64,000 nucleotides of DNA from Eledone cirrhosa. Taxonomy: Eukaryota. The notes beneath the pieces were generated by a model that searched no databases, had not been told where the DNA came from, and worked only from the letters and a program-made list of their open reading frames with translations. Every line of letters starts with the position of its first letter. The first letter of the stretch is position 1. The translations under genes and the position numbers were made by a program. The DNA lies in contig OZ024748.1 in assembly GCA_964016885.1 (NCBI GenBank), forward strand, positions 41,602,001 to 41,666,000, given 5' to 3'. This document shows, one piece after another, positions 13,546-28,400 of the stretch.

Positions 13546-13907
13546 GAAGGGAACAGAGCCCACAGACGGTGTAGGACCTCCAAGATGGCGACAAGGGACA
13601 GAGCCCACAGACGATGTAGGACCTCCAAGATGGCAACAAGGGACAGAGCCCACAGACGGTGTAGGACCTCCAAGATGGCGACAAGGGACAGAGCCCACAG
13701 ACGGTGTAGGACCTCCAAGATGGCAACAAGGGACAGAGCCCACAGACGGTGTAGGACCTCCAAGATGGCGACAAGGGATAGAGCCCACAGACGGTGTAGG
13801 ACCTCCAAGATGGCGACAAGGGACAGAGTCCACAGACGGTGCAAGACCTCCAAGATGGCGACAAGGGACAGAGCCCACAGACGATGTAGGACCTCCAAGA
13901 TGGCGAC
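13546..13907. repeat. 45-bp GC-rich minisatellite, about 8 copies
   Basis: Unit AAGGGACAGAGCCCACAGACGGTGTAGGACCTCCAAGATGGCGAC read directly. Confidence 0.95.
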
Positions 13908-14103
13908 AGTAAAAGAATTCCTGTTCTTCTTAAACAACTCTCACTCTTTTTCCCTCACCCTCTATCTCTCTTACTTTCACTATCTCCCTCTCTCTCATTC
14001 TCCCTCATCCCCTCTCTCTCTTATACATGCCCTCCTATTATCTATCTATATATCTTTCGTTCTAGCTAGCTATGTAAATCTATCCCTCCATCTAACTACC
14101 TAC

Positions 14104-14161
<58 letters not shown>

Positions 14162-14195
14162 TAACAAATGGAAACTATATTTATAAAACCATATT

Positions 14196-14260
14196 TATTT
14201 CATTATACATATTTCAAGGACACCAAAGCAAATTATGGCGCGCTTTCATCAGATAAAATA
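14196..14260 (-). ncRNA. Minimal type-I hammerhead ribozyme, family A, left arm
   Basis: Reverse complement reads tattttat-CTGATGA-aagcgcgcca...tggtgtcctt-GAAA-tatgta-TA-atgaaata: 8-bp stem I, paired stem II, AUA triplet. Confidence 0.75.
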
Positions 14261-14383
14261 TAATATAGATCAGTTTTATAAACAAATATTGACATACCCT
14301 TAAAGAATGCGACCATGTCGGTTGGAAGCTCCCGCATTCTTTAGGGTATGTCAATATTTGTTTATAAAACTGATCTATATTAA

Positions 14384-14446
14384 ATTTTATCTGATGAAAG
14401 CGCACTATAATTTGCTTTGGTCTCCTTGAAATATGTATAATGAAAT
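14384..14446 (+). ncRNA. Minimal type-I hammerhead ribozyme, family A, right arm
   Basis: attttat-CTGATGA-aag...ctt-GAAA-tatgta-TA-atgaaat, with AATAAA overlapping its 3' end. Confidence 0.7.
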
Positions 14447-14603
14447 AAATATGGTTTTATAAATATAGTTTCCATTTGTTAATATATTGTATTTTTACTC
14501 CAATAATTTGTTGAGTGCTTTATATCAGTTATAAAAATATTTGCTTGTGTATCCCAACAAATTAAATATAACTTCTACATATATATATATATATATACAC
14601 CTA

Positions 14604-14648
<45 letters not shown>

Positions 14649-14653
14649 CTACC

Positions 14654-14707
<54 letters not shown>

Positions 14708-14829
14708 TATATCTATATACACACCTACATATATATATATATATATGTAGGTGTGTATATATATATATATATACACCTACATATATATATATACATATAC
14801 ACACACCTACCTATCTATATACATGCACA

Positions 14830-16839
14830 GTAACGCTGATCAGGAAAGATGAGAACAAGGGGGGTGAGATAAGCAATTTCAGGCCCATAACTCAGCTCAA
14901 CACAGAGTTAAAGATTTTGGCCAAGGTGTTAGCAGCAAGGCTGGCGCTTGTCGTCGAGAACCTGGTAGGGGAAGCCCAAACGTGTGCAATCCCGACCAGG
15001 TCCATACACGACAACCTCCACCTCACGCGATACATCATAGAGAGGGTAGGGTGTAAACCTGGCTTTGGTGGGGCTCTGATCAATTTAGATCAGTCTAGAG
15101 CATTTGATAGGGTCGACCATCAATACTTGGAAGCAGTTCTCAGTGCGGCCGGCTTCGGTCCCGTCTTCAGAGGCTGGATCGCTGCCATGCACACCAGCAT
15201 CTGCTCGGCAGTCAAGGTGAATGGCTACCTATCAGAGCCATTCCAAATCATGCGTTCCATCCGTCAGGGATGCCCTCTCTCCTCCATTCTGTATGTACTG
15301 ACTCTCGAACCGTTACTGCGAAAACTAGAGCTGTTGCAGGGCATCCCGATCGAACCAGGACTGCGAAAAGCAGCGTCAGCCTATGCCAACGACATAACCG
15401 TAATGGTGTCGAAAACCTCAGAAATCAGGGTAATCGTCAACCTATTACAGGAATACGAAACGTTGACAGGAGCAAGACTAAACCCAAACAAGTCTGTCGG
15501 TTTACAACTTGGCACATGGAGAGGCAAACCCATGCCTTCCGACAGTGTTGTTGGACGCTGGACAGAAGGACCGGTGAAATTGCTCAGGGTCTGGTTCGGT
15601 CCAGACCTCCAGGTGGACAAGAACTGGAACGAGGTCACGGCGAAGGAGTTTGCACTCACCCAGAAGTGGGCTGAGTGCAAACTCTCCTTGAAAGGTCGAG
15701 CGGAGGTGGCGAACACTTCCATAGCGTCCGTCATCTACTACCGCTTGACAGTCGTGCCTTGCCCCCGCGAATACCTTACCAAAATGGAACGTCTACTCTT
15801 CAAGTTCCTCTGGCAGAAACAGGCTCCATTGGTGAGGAGATCCATCTGCTGTCAACACCCTTCTAACGGAGGGCTGGGCATGCCGTGGCTGATGATGCGC
15901 AAACACGCGCTGAGGCTACGCCATCTCCAGGTATTCCTGACCGGCGAACCGGTGTGGCTGTCGTTTGTGAGACGAGCTCTTCCACAACTCGTCTCACTAA
16001 CAGAGCTGCAGTCCTGGGTCAAGCGAAGACTGAAAATGGGTGCCTGGAACCTCGAGTGCCTACAGGCGCTCACCGCCCTCTACCAAACGGAAACGGCAAT
16101 CAGCGGAGACTCCACTTCGACATTCTATAGGGGATTAGTGGAGGATAAGTGCGACGACGTTCTCGGGGAAACTCTAGGCATCGAGGAGGACGAACTGACC
16201 AGTCTGTTCGGGAGGACTTTCCGTCCAGGGCCTATGGATAACTTCCAGAGGTCTCTGGCCTGGCAATGCTACCGAGGAGCTCTCCCAGTTCGAGATAAAA
16301 TCTACAGGCACGGATCACCCCGCCGCCTTCATTTAAGAACGAAGGAGAGGCGGTTTTCCTCTGTCTGGTGGCTATGGCGAAAGAGGTAATATGGTGGACG
16401 AGGTTAAAAGGACTGAGGGCAAACACCTTTCTCTCCGGACAACAACTTATCCCCTTCTTTAAGTATCACTTCAGAAGGAAGATGAGAGTGGAGAGAGAGG
16501 TGCTACACCCCAGTAAATTCGCTGAAAGGTGGGTGAATGTGGCAAAAATGGCCCGAGTGGATGGGCCTTCTCTGTATATAAACCTGTAGGTTGAGGAAGA
16601 TAAACAGAGGGAAGACAGGAACACCTACAAAACGTGTTCCTGGTGTTGAGGGTTGTTCTATCCACGGGGTGTAAAACAACCCTGCAGTAACGTTCCCCCC
16701 TACTGGGATTTCGATTGTTATTTTATTATATATAGTTTATTGTTATTTATTAATGTTAAAGTTATTTTTATGTAAAACCCCCGCCGTCACGTCTTGTAAT
16801 GTCCCATTTTTGTACGCCCCTGTGGCAAATAAAGAAAGA
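14830..16839 (+). mobile_element. 5'-truncated Tx1/L1-clade LINE (ORF2 reverse transcriptase to C-terminus)
   Basis: ORF 14917-16389 has RT motifs [19 protein letters not shown] and AYAND (YADD mutated). 3' end AATAAAGAAA. 18-bp TSD TATCTATATACATGCACA at 14812-14829 and 16840-16857. Confidence 0.93.
14917..16589 (+). pseudogene. LINE ORF2 reverse transcriptase remnant, frameshifted and internally deleted near the C-terminus
   Basis: ORFs 14917-16389 and 16368-16589; catalytic YADD changed to YAND. Confidence 0.85.
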
Positions 16840-16897
16840 TATCTATATACATGCACACACGGTCAACCTATTGAATCTTCGTCATCTTCCTCTCCCG

Positions 16898-16941
<44 letters not shown>

Positions 16942-17175
16942 CAGACACACAGACACACACACACACACACCCCAATCATCATTTCTCTTCCTCCTCTTTC
17001 TCTCTTTGTCCGCCCAATCCTTTCTCTTTCTCACCTCCCACTTAATTCCTTTCCTTATTTGTATCTTTCTCTTCTTTTCACATCTCACTCCCTATCTCTC
17101 TAGCTTTCATTCACTCTCTCCAAGTTACACTGTCTCACTCATTATCTCCGCCTCTCTCCCTCATGCCCTCTCTCT

Positions 17176-17243
<68 letters not shown>

Positions 17244-17726
17244 AATCTACCACCCTCCCTTCTTTCTCGTTCACTCGCCCACTTTCTCTTTCTCTCTCTC
17301 TCTCCCACACATTCTCTCTCTGTCTCACTTTATCCCCATCACCGCCTCTTTCCTTCAGCTCCACATTCCTCTCTATCTCTCCCACCTTGTCTCCCTCTTT
17401 CTCTCTCGGCCCCTCCCTTCTATTATATCTCTTTCATATTAACTTCTGCATCCATCTATCCATCCATCCATCCTTCCATACATTTCTCTTATTTTAGCAA
17501 GCAGCAGCTCTCGGCTCCCATATATAACACCCGAACCTCAGAACTAAACATAATATAAGCTAAACACTTCCAATATATATCTATCTATATAGATAGATAT
17601 TATATAGATATATATATATAGAGAGAGAGAGAGATATACCTACCGATAAATGTATATATAACCAATCAGACAAAGATATACACACAAACATACACACCAC
17701 ATATATACATACACATATATACAGTC

Positions 17727-17758
<32 letters not shown>

Positions 17759-18054
17759 ATATATCTATATCTATATCTATCTATCTATAAAGCCATACAT
17801 ACACACATACATACAGCCATACACTCAAAAGCGCACACACATACATACACACAGACACATACATGTACATAGATTCATCGACACACGGACTTCACAACAG
17901 ATAGTTCCAAATTGAAAGTTATTTAACGCCACTTCACCATTCTGCCAGCTAAGCAGACGACATACTTTGCACAGCCAGTCACACAAAGCTTCTAGTGATA
18001 TTTCTACAAAGCAGACGACACACAAATACACATATAAATATATATATATCCACA

Positions 18055-18096
<42 letters not shown>

Positions 18097-18164
18097 CTGC
18101 TTCTGGGTGTCAATAACCAGCAAAACTTTGTCAGAAACCTCACAAGAGTGTCAGGTAGGAAAGC

Positions 18165-18216
<52 letters not shown>

Positions 18217-18336
18217 TCCTTTTGTATTTAATTTTTTTTTGCTGTTGTTGTTGTTTCTAGTTTTGGCTAAAATCAAATTGTACTTTTTCTTCTTTATTTT
18301 TATGAGTGTGTGATTGTATGTGTGTGTGTGTGTATG

Positions 18337-18498
<162 letters not shown>

Positions 18499-18549
18499 AC
18501 GAAGGAAATGTGGTAAGGAACCAGGCGGACCATAATATATATATATTTT

Positions 18550-18657
<108 letters not shown>

Positions 18658-18949
18658 TATACACACACATTTACACATATATATACACATATATATATAT
18701 ATACACACTTATATACACACATTTATATATATATACATATATACACACATATATTTATACACATTTATATATATATACATACACACACACATATATATAT
18801 ACACATTTATATATATATATATATATACACACACACATTTATATATATATACACACATATATATACACACACATATACATACATACATTTATATATATAT
18901 ATATACACACACACATATATATATATATCGACTGACAGGAAGGTATACA

Positions 18950-18986
18950 GTGCTGATGACAGCTAATAAGCTAGAAACTAGTTCAT
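18950..18986 (+). ncRNA. Degenerate minimal hammerhead motif
   Basis: gtg-CTGATGA-cAGCTaataAGCTa-GAAA-CTAG-TT-cat: palindromic stem III, short stem I, mismatched stem II closing pair. Confidence 0.5.
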
Positions 18987-19143
18987 CGTCCCTTTGTCAG
19001 TGTTGAACAAAAGGGCAAAAGGGCTAAAAATTCGAGCTGTTTGTTTACAAACAAACCGAGTATTATAATAAATGTTCGGTAAACCCATACGTACATATAT
19101 ATATATGTGTGTGTGCATGTATGTATATATATACTACTGTACG

Positions 19144-19230
19144 TCTGTATACATATATATATATGTACGTATACATACTTATATTTAAGTATCAGCCGTA
19201 CTAAGAGTGAGAAATGAAATTTCATTGTTT

Positions 19231-19312
<82 letters not shown>

Positions 19313-19695
19313 TAATATATATATATATATATAATATATATATATAATATATATAATATATATATATATAATATATATAATATATATATATAATATATAT
19401 AATATATATATATATAATATATATAATATATATATATATAATATATATAATATATATATATAATATATATAATATATATAATATATATATATATAAATTA
19501 TATATATATATTATATATATTATATATATATATATTATATATATTATATATATATATTATATATATATATATATTATATATATTATATATATATATATAT
19601 ATATGGAAACAATGAAATTTCATTTCTCACTCTTAGTACGGCTGATACTTAAATATAAGTATGTATACGTACACATATATATATATGTATACAGA
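19144..19695. repeat. ~550-bp palindrome centred on a (TA)n/(TATAA)n tract
   Basis: Unique ~90-bp arms at 19144-19232 and 19605-19695 are reverse complements; the AT core switches from TAATAT to TATTAT near 19497. Confidence 0.9.
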
Positions 19696-19749
19696 TATAT
19701 ATTATATATATAATATATATATATAATATATATATATAATATATATATA

Positions 19750-19835
<86 letters not shown>

Positions 19836-20399
19836 TCTTGTGCCATTCCACATCACGAAAATGTCATAAATCTCATTGATGTTTTACAGGTTGACTAAAA
19901 CTTATTTCTCTTCAGTCAATATCTTGTATTATTTTGGTGGTGGGGGTCTCGAAACTTCTGTCAAAGTTGGTGTATTTTGGTGCCCCGCTCTACCCCCAAT
20001 TGTGGTTCATTGTATCAGTACTGGACGTGGTCTTTCCTTTCTCACCAAGGCCAAAACCTTTGGCTATATAACTGACGCTGGTGTAGTCATTATAGATTGG
20101 GGAGGGGTGTTCCACATGTTAGTCAGAGTTAATTACAATTATTGTCTTATTCCTACAGAGAAAATACTTCCTTCCTGCCTACCTATTAACCAATTTATCT
20201 ACCTATCTATCTATTTGCCTAGATATCTATCTATCTGTCCACCAACCTACGTACCCATCTTCATATCTATCTACCAACCTACCAACCTACGAATCTACCA
20301 ACCTACCTACCAACCTACCTACCTACCATAGTCATTGGTATAAAGTCGTCTGCCTATATCTCCTAAGGTTGTGATATGAGGGTTGTTAGACAAGTCTTT

Positions 20400-20880
20400 G
20401 TTAAACTGTGGCCCTTCTCTGGTAGCAGGCTGGCTGTAAAACAGTGACCCTTCTCTGGTAGCAGGCTGGCTGTAAAACTATGGCCCCTCTCTCCGATAGC
20501 AGGCTGGTTGTTAAACTGTGGCCCTTCTCTGGTAGCAGGCTGGCTGTAAAACTATGGCCCCTCTCTCCGATAGCAGGCTGGTTGTTAAACTGTGGCTCTT
20601 CTCTGGTAGCAGGCTGGCTGTAAAACTGTGGCCCCTCTCTCCGATAGCTGGCTGGCTGTAAAACTAGCCCCTCTCTGGTAGCAGGCTGACTGTAAAACAG
20701 TGACCCTTCTCTGGTAGTAGGCTGGCTGTAAAACTATGGCCCCTCTCTCCGATAGCAGGCTGGTTGTTAAACTGTGGCCCTTCTCTGGTAGCAGGGTGAC
20801 TGTAAAACTATGGCCCCTCTCTCCGATAGCAGGCTGGTTGTCAAACCATGGCCCTTCTCTCCAGTGGCAGGTTGGTTACC
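20400..20880. repeat. ~35-38-bp minisatellite (CTGTGGCCCTTCTCTGGTAGCAGGCTGGCTGTAAAA)
   Basis: About 13 units with two alternating variants. Confidence 0.9.
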
Positions 20881-21227
20881 ACCACTCAATCCGGCATCGT
20901 TGAACTATATTCTGCAGGAGTTATGTGGCTGTGATAACTGAAATGACTGAGTTAAGCGTTGAGCGGGGGACTTCTGGCTGCGTTCCACTTTTTCCAAATA
21001 GAACAAGATTTATTTTTCTTTCATATTTCAAACCGAAGTTATTTGTTTATATTTTAATATAACCAATGTCGTTCTACCATATTATGAGGATCGGCTGAAA
21101 AGTTGTTTCTATGTTTAACTAGATATTAAATTCTTTATTGTTTTTATGTAATTTTATCCTAGAAATATATTTGAGTATTTTGAACTAAGTAAATCTCTTT
21201 AAATAAATAAACATTGTTGTCGCTGAT

Positions 21228-21975
21228 CGAGGGCTGTTTTAACGACTGTTCTACCGACAAGGGTTGTTTAACGACTGTTCTACCGACGAGGGCTGTTTTA
21301 ACGACTGTTCTACCGACGAGGGCTGTTTAAACGACTGTTCTACCAACGAGGGTTATTTTAACGACTGTTCTAGTGACGAGGGCTGTTTTAACGACTGTTC
21401 TACCGACGAGGGTTGTTTAACGACTGTTCTACCGACGAGGGCTGTTTTAACGACTGTTCTACCGACGAGGGCTGTTTTAACGACTGTTCTACCGACGAGG
21501 GCTGTTTTAACGACTGTTCTACCGACGAGGGCTGTTTTAACGACTGTTCTAGTGACGAGGGTTGTTTTACGACTGTTCTAGTGACGAGGGCTGTTTTAAC
21601 GACTGTTCTACCGACGAGGGCTGTTTAAACGACTGTTCTACCAACGAGGGTTATTTTAACGACTGTTCTAGTGACGAGGGCTGTTTTAACGACTGTTCTA
21701 CCGACGAGGGTTGTTTAACGACTGTTCTACCGACGAGGGCTGTTTTAACGACTGTTCTACCGACGAGGGCTGTTTTAACGACTGTTCTACCGACGAGGGC
21801 TGTTTTAACGACTGTTCTAGTGACGAGGGTTGTTTTACGACTGTTCTAGTGACGAGGGCTATTTTAACGACTGTTCTAGTGACGAGGGCTGTTTAACGAC
21901 TGTTCTACCTACGAGCGTTGTTTTAACGACTGTTCTACCGAAGAGGGTTGTTTAACGACTGTTCTACCGAAGAGG
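21228..21975. repeat. 29/30-bp minisatellite (GAGGGCTGTTTTAACGACTGTTCTACCGAC)
   Basis: About 25 tandem units; explains the FNDCSTDEGC ORFs. Confidence 0.95.
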
Positions 21976-22234
21976 TTTCTCATTTTTATATGAATTCAAA
22001 TCTAAGATTTTATTCAATAAATTTCAATTAAATGTCAAAGAATAAAGATAATTTACAAGAAAGCTGACCTCTACAACAGTAAATATAAACTTTAGCAGTC
22101 CTGCTACTGAATTTTAAGAACCAAAGCTCTATAACTGACGTTGAATACATATATAGTAATTATGTACCTTAATGAATATACTTGGGCATACAACGTATGA
22201 CCTGCATTCATGAAAGGAAATACCACTGATATTT

Positions 22235-22412
22235 ACGAGTGTAGATTGAAAAGTTCATACAGTAACCAAGATACTCTCGTGGAATGACCAAATGAGGTTT
22301 ATTTTTCAACATAGTTGTTAATAAGAAAAGTTGAAATTAATGCGTGTAAGATTTCACAGTTCTAGCATTACTCCTTCATTGTCAGCCTATAACTATTCAA
22401 TTGGCCCTCCTT
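22235..22412. mobile_element. Tc1/mariner-type MITE
   Basis: Starts TACGAGTGTAGATTGAAAAGTTCATA; body homologous to the 12.6-kb and 29.8-kb copies. Confidence 0.6.
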
Positions 22413-22414
22413 GT

Positions 22415-25400
22415 TAGAAACACCGCTACTATCTAGATAGAAACATTCCTACTATCTAGATAGAAACACCGCTACTATCTAGATAGAAACACCGCTACTA
22501 TCTAGATAGAAACACTCCTACTATCTAGATAGAAACACCGCTACTATCTAGATAGAAACACCGCTACTATCTAGATAGCAACACCGCTACTATCTAGATA
22601 GAAACACCCCTTCCATCTAGATAGAAACACCCCTTCCATCTAGATAAAAACACCGCTACTATCTAGATAGAAACACTCCTACTATCTAGATAGAAACACC
22701 GCAACTATCTAGATAGAAACACCGCTACTATCTAGATAGCAACACCGCTACTATCTAGATAGAAACACCCCTTCCATCTAGATAGAAACACCCCTTCCAT
22801 CTAGATAAAAACACCGCTACTATCTAGATAGAAACACCCCTACTATCTAGATAGAAACACCGCAACTATCTAGATAGCAACACCGCTACTATCTAGATAG
22901 AAACACTCCTATCTAGATAGAAACAGCGCTACTATCTAGATAGAAACACTCCTACTATCTAGATAGAAACACCCCTTCTATCTAGACAGAAACACCACTA
23001 CTATCTAGATAGAAACACCTTTACCATCTAGATAGAAACCCTCCTACTATCTAGATAGAAATACCACTACTATCTAGATAGAAATACCACTACTATCTAG
23101 ATAGAAACACCGCTACTATCTAGATAGAAACACCCCTACTATCTAGATAGAAACACCCTTACTATCTAGATAGAAACACTCCTATCTAGATAGAAACCCT
23201 CCTACTATCTAGATAGAAACACCCCTACTATCTAGATAGAAACACCGCTACTATCTAGATAGAAACACTCCTACTATCTGGATAGCATCACCGCTACTAT
23301 CTAGATAGAAACACCGCTACTATCTAGATAGAAACACCCCTATCTAGATAGAAACTCCTACTATCTAGATAGAAACAGGCCTACTATCTAGATAGAAACA
23401 CTCCTATCTAGATAGAAACTCCTACTATCTAGATAGAAACACGCCTACTATCTAGATAGAAACACCCCTTCTATCTAGATAGAAACACCACTACTATCTA
23501 GATAGAAACACCACTACTATCTAGATAGAAACACCACTACTATCTAGAGAGAAACACCCCTACTATCTTGATAGAAACACCGCTACTATCTAGATAGAAA
23601 CACCCCTACTATCTAGATAGAAACACCCCTACTATCTGGATAGCATCACCGCTACTATCTAGATACAAACACCCCTACTATCTAGATAGAAACACCCCTA
23701 CTATCTAGATAGAAACTCCACTACTATCTAGATAGAAACACCCCTACTATCTAGGTAGAAACACCGCTACTATCTAGATAGAAACACCCCTACTATCTAG
23801 GTAGAAACACCACTACTATCTAGATAGAAACACCGCTACTATCTAGATAGAAACACCCCTACTATCTAGATAGAAACACCCCTACTATCTAGGTAGAAAC
23901 ACCGCTACTATCTAGATAGAAACACCGCTACTATCTAAATAGAAACACCGCTACTATCTAGATATAAACACCGCTACTATCTAGATAGAAACACCGCTAC
24001 TATCTAGATAGAAACACCGCTACTATCTAGATAGAAACAGCGCTACTATCTAGATAGAAACACTCCTACTATCTAGATAGAAACACCCCTTCTATCTAGA
24101 CAGAAACACCACTACCATCTAGATAGAAACCCTCCTACTATCTAGATAGAAATACCACTACTATCTAGATAGAAATACCACTACTATCTAGATAGAAACA
24201 CTCCTACTATCTAGATAGAAACACCCCTTCTATCTAGATAGAAACACCGCTACTATCTAGATAGAAACACCCCTACTATCTAGATAGAAACACTCCTATC
24301 TAGATAGAAACTCCACTACTATCTAGATAGAAACACCCCTACTATCTAGGTAGAAACACCGCTACTATCTAGATAGAAACACCCCTACTATCTAGGTAGA
24401 AACACCACTACTATCTAGATAGAAAAACCCCTTACTATCTAGGTAGAAACACCACTACTATCTAGATAGAAACACCCCTACTTACTAGATAGAAACTCCA
24501 CTACTATCTAGATAGAAGCACCGCTACTATCTAGATAGAAACACCACTACTATCTAAATAGAAACACCCCTTCTATCTAGATAGAAACACCGCTACTATC
24601 TAGATAGAAACACCCCTTCTATCTAGATAGAAACACCACTACTATCTAGATAGAAACACCTTTACCATCTAGATAGAAACCCTCCTACTATCTAGATAGA
24701 AACACCCCTACTATCTAGATAGAAACACCCCTACTATCTAGATAGAAACACCCTTACTATCTAGATAGAAACACCCCTACTATCTAGATAGAAACACTCC
24801 TATCTAGATAGAAACCCTCCTACTATCTAGATAGAAACACCCGGACTATCTAGATAGAAACACCGCTACTATCTAGATAGAAACACTCCTACTATCTGGA
24901 TAGCATCACCGCTACTATCTAGATAGAAACACTCCTATCTAGATAGAAACACTCCTATCTAGATAGAAACCCCTACTATCTAGATAGAAACACCCCTACT
25001 ATCTAGATAGAAACTCCACTACTATATAGATAGAAACAACCCTACTATCTAGGTAGAAACACCGCTACTATCTAGATAGAAACACCTGTAGCAGGAGTTG
25101 CCTCCCTTGTTGTGACACTCGCATCATCAATAGATTAACGCTCTCTAGATAGGAAGTAGAACCCATTCTGTAACTTCCGGCTGAACCCTATAAAACGAAT
25201 AACTTTCAGCTCCTTAGCTCTTATTTGCCTTTTCGGCTCCTGGCCTTCGGCCAGGCGTCTTCGGCCAGGCGCGTTCGCCTGGCGACCAAATGGTAACTAA
25301 TAACTTTGCTTCATTCTCTCATCTATTCATTGACATGTCAACTATACTGTTCTATATATCCACAAATTGTTTATTAAATATTATACACACAAACCACGTC

Positions 25401-28400
25401 TCCTTGTTATATTCATACACACCAGTAAATTGTTATAAGTGGTGACCCCGAAAAAAGAAAAAAATAGCAGAATCTGGTGTTGTGTGGGTAACATTACGAA
25501 TACGAAACAAATTTTATTGACAAACTATGAAAATACGCAGTCAAAGATACGAACACACGCACATGTGACATTCTCGTTCAGACAGACTCTTTTTCTCTCA
25601 CCCATCAACTAACTCTCGCATTTCACTGTATATATATATATATGTTTTTCGTTTCTTCTTACAACGAACACTTTAAAAACAAACAAAAAAAAAAAAAGAA
25701 ATTTGATTTTTTTATTAAAAACATTTCAACATGAACATTTATTTTCGATGAATCTCAACTATTGCTTTCTTTCATCGTTTTCTTCATCGTTCAAGTTTTT
25801 TTCAAAGTTCACAAAAAAAAAATAATTGAACTTGCCCTATTTGTTATACTAAGTGAAGCCTTTCTTTCTTTTTCATCATTGTCACTTTCACACACACATT
25901 TTTTTCAAAATGGCTGCCAACGACCTGTTGCACTATCATTTTCGCGCCATTTTCTCGCGCAATAGAAATATTTTTTTTTCAACTTAACCTTGTTTCGGTA
26001 CGTGTAGGCAGCAGAATTCTCGACTCACGGAGATAACCACACGCCATGAGATAACGTTTCTCGCCAAGGATTCTCCAGCCTTAAGCTATATTCTCCTATT
26101 TGCCGGTTTATAAATTTACCACGTAAATTTGCCGTTGAAAACTGCGCATTTATTCAGAATGCTTATTTCTTTGGTCGCTGGCCTCTTGACCCTTCCAGGT
26201 CAACGCATTCTCAACATCGACCATCAACTTCGGCTGTTATTTCTAGCACTTTGCGCAACTCATTTTTTCTGAAAAAATTTTTTACTGTGAATTTAAACAT
26301 CGAATACGCTCACCCCACGAGACAACAATATCAACAGCAACACAGCTTCATCAACAACCAAAACCAGCAGAACAAGCCAGAGAATTTATTTTTGCAGCAC
26401 TCTTCCTGTAAGAAAATCCATTCGGAGGTTGGAAATTTCACGTTATACCACAGAACAGAAACCACCTGCATTCATTCTCTGGAACACACTTTCTTTCCTG
26501 CTGTCATGTGATTGCACACCTGTGAACTGTATTTTGAACACTTGAACTTTGAGCTCTTCTCTTACTTTGATTACATTGAATCTTTGGGTGATGGATAGAT
26601 AAATGTCCAGTCGTTCTCTGGCCAAGAGCGGTTGGCTACCTGGATATCTATCATTGATTTTTGCAAATATTATTTTTTTTCGTAATTTTCATGCCTGTTA
26701 CAACATTCTCGCCAACTTACTACATACATATTTCATTCGATTTTTATATTTTTAAAATCTGGCGGGGGATAATGTAGCAGGAGTTGCATCCCTTGTTGTG
26801 ACACTCACATCACCAATAGATTAACGCTCTCTAGATAGGAAGTAGAACCCTTTCTGTAACTTCCGGCAGAACCCTATGAAACGAATAACTTTCAGCTCCC
26901 TAGCTCTCATTTGCCTTTTTGGCCAGGCGTCTTCGGCCAGGCGCGTTCGCCTGGCGACCAAGCGGTAACTAATAACTTTGCTTCATTCTCTCATCTATTC
27001 ATTGACATGTCAACTATACTGTTCTATATATCCACAAATTGTTTATTAAATATTATACACACAAACCACGTCTCCTTGTTATATTCATACAACCCAGTAT
27101 TTTGTTATACACCCCTATTATCTAGGTAGAAAGACCACTACTATCTAGATAGAAACACCTTTACTATCTAGATAGAAACACTCCAATCTAGATAGAAACC
27201 CTCTTACTATCTAGATAGAAACACCCCTACTATTTAGATAGAAACACCGCTACTATCTAGATAGAAACACTCCTACTATCTGGATAGCATCACCGCTACT
27301 ATCTAGATAGAAACACTCCTACTATCTAGAAAGAAACACCGCTACTATCTAGATACAAACACCCCTACTATCTAGATAGAAACACTCCTATCTAGATAGA
27401 AACTCCTACTATCTAGATAGAAACACGCCTACTATCTAGATAGCAACACCGCTACTATCTAGATAGAAACACCCCTACTATCTAGAAAGAAACACCGCTA
27501 CTATCTAGATAGAAACACAGCCACTATCTAGATAGAAACACCCCTACTATCTGGATAGAAACACTCCTACTATGTAGATAGAAACACCGCTACTATCTAG
27601 ATAGAAACACCGCTACTATCTAGATAGAAACACCGCTACTATCTAGATAGAAACACCCCTACTATCTGGATAGCATCACCGCTACTATCTAGATACAAAC
27701 ACCCCTACTATCTAGATAGAAACACCCCTACTATCTAGATAGAAACACCGCTACTATCTAGATAGAAACACCCCTACAATCTAGATAGAAACACCACTAC
27801 TATCTAGATAGAAACACTCCTCCCCCCCCCCTACTATCTGGATAGCATCACCGCTACTATCTAGATAGAAACAGCCTTACTATCTAGATAGAAACACCCC
27901 TTCTATCTAGATAGAAACTCCACTACTATCTAGGTAGAAACACCGCTACTATCTAGGTAGAAACACCACTAATATCTAGATAGATACACTCCTACTATCT
28001 AGATAGAAACTCCACTACTATCTAGATAGAAACACCACTACTATCTAGGTAGAAACACCACTACTATCTAGATAGAAACGCCCCTACTATCTAGATAGAA
28101 ACACCCCTACTATCTAGATAGAAACACCGCTACTATCTAGATAGAAACACCCCTACTATCTAGATAGAAACACCGCTACTATCTAGATAGAAACACCCCT
28201 ACTATCTAGATAGAAACACCGCTACTATCTAGATAGAAACACTCCTACTATCTAGATAGAAACACCGCTACTATCTAGATAGAAACACCCCTACTATCTA
28301 GATAGAAACACCGCTACTTTCTAAATAGAAACACCGCCACTATCTAGATAGAAACACCCCTACTATCTAGATAGAAACACCGCTACTTTCTAAATAGAAA

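Larger units (their letters stand above)
14158..14486. repeat. Fold-back palindrome (~150-bp arms), Penelope pLTR-like, family A
   Basis: Arms are near-perfect reverse complements around a ~20-nt spacer; homologous to 48470-48818. Confidence 0.92.

Noticed and set aside
13546-13907. CRISPR array (also considered for the 23-, 30-, 46- and 65-bp arrays)
   Set aside because: Head-to-tail tandem units with no unique spacers, no cas genes, eukaryotic context.
21264-21896. Cys-rich FNDCSTDEGC repeat protein
   Set aside because: 29/30-bp unit variation repeatedly breaks the frame.
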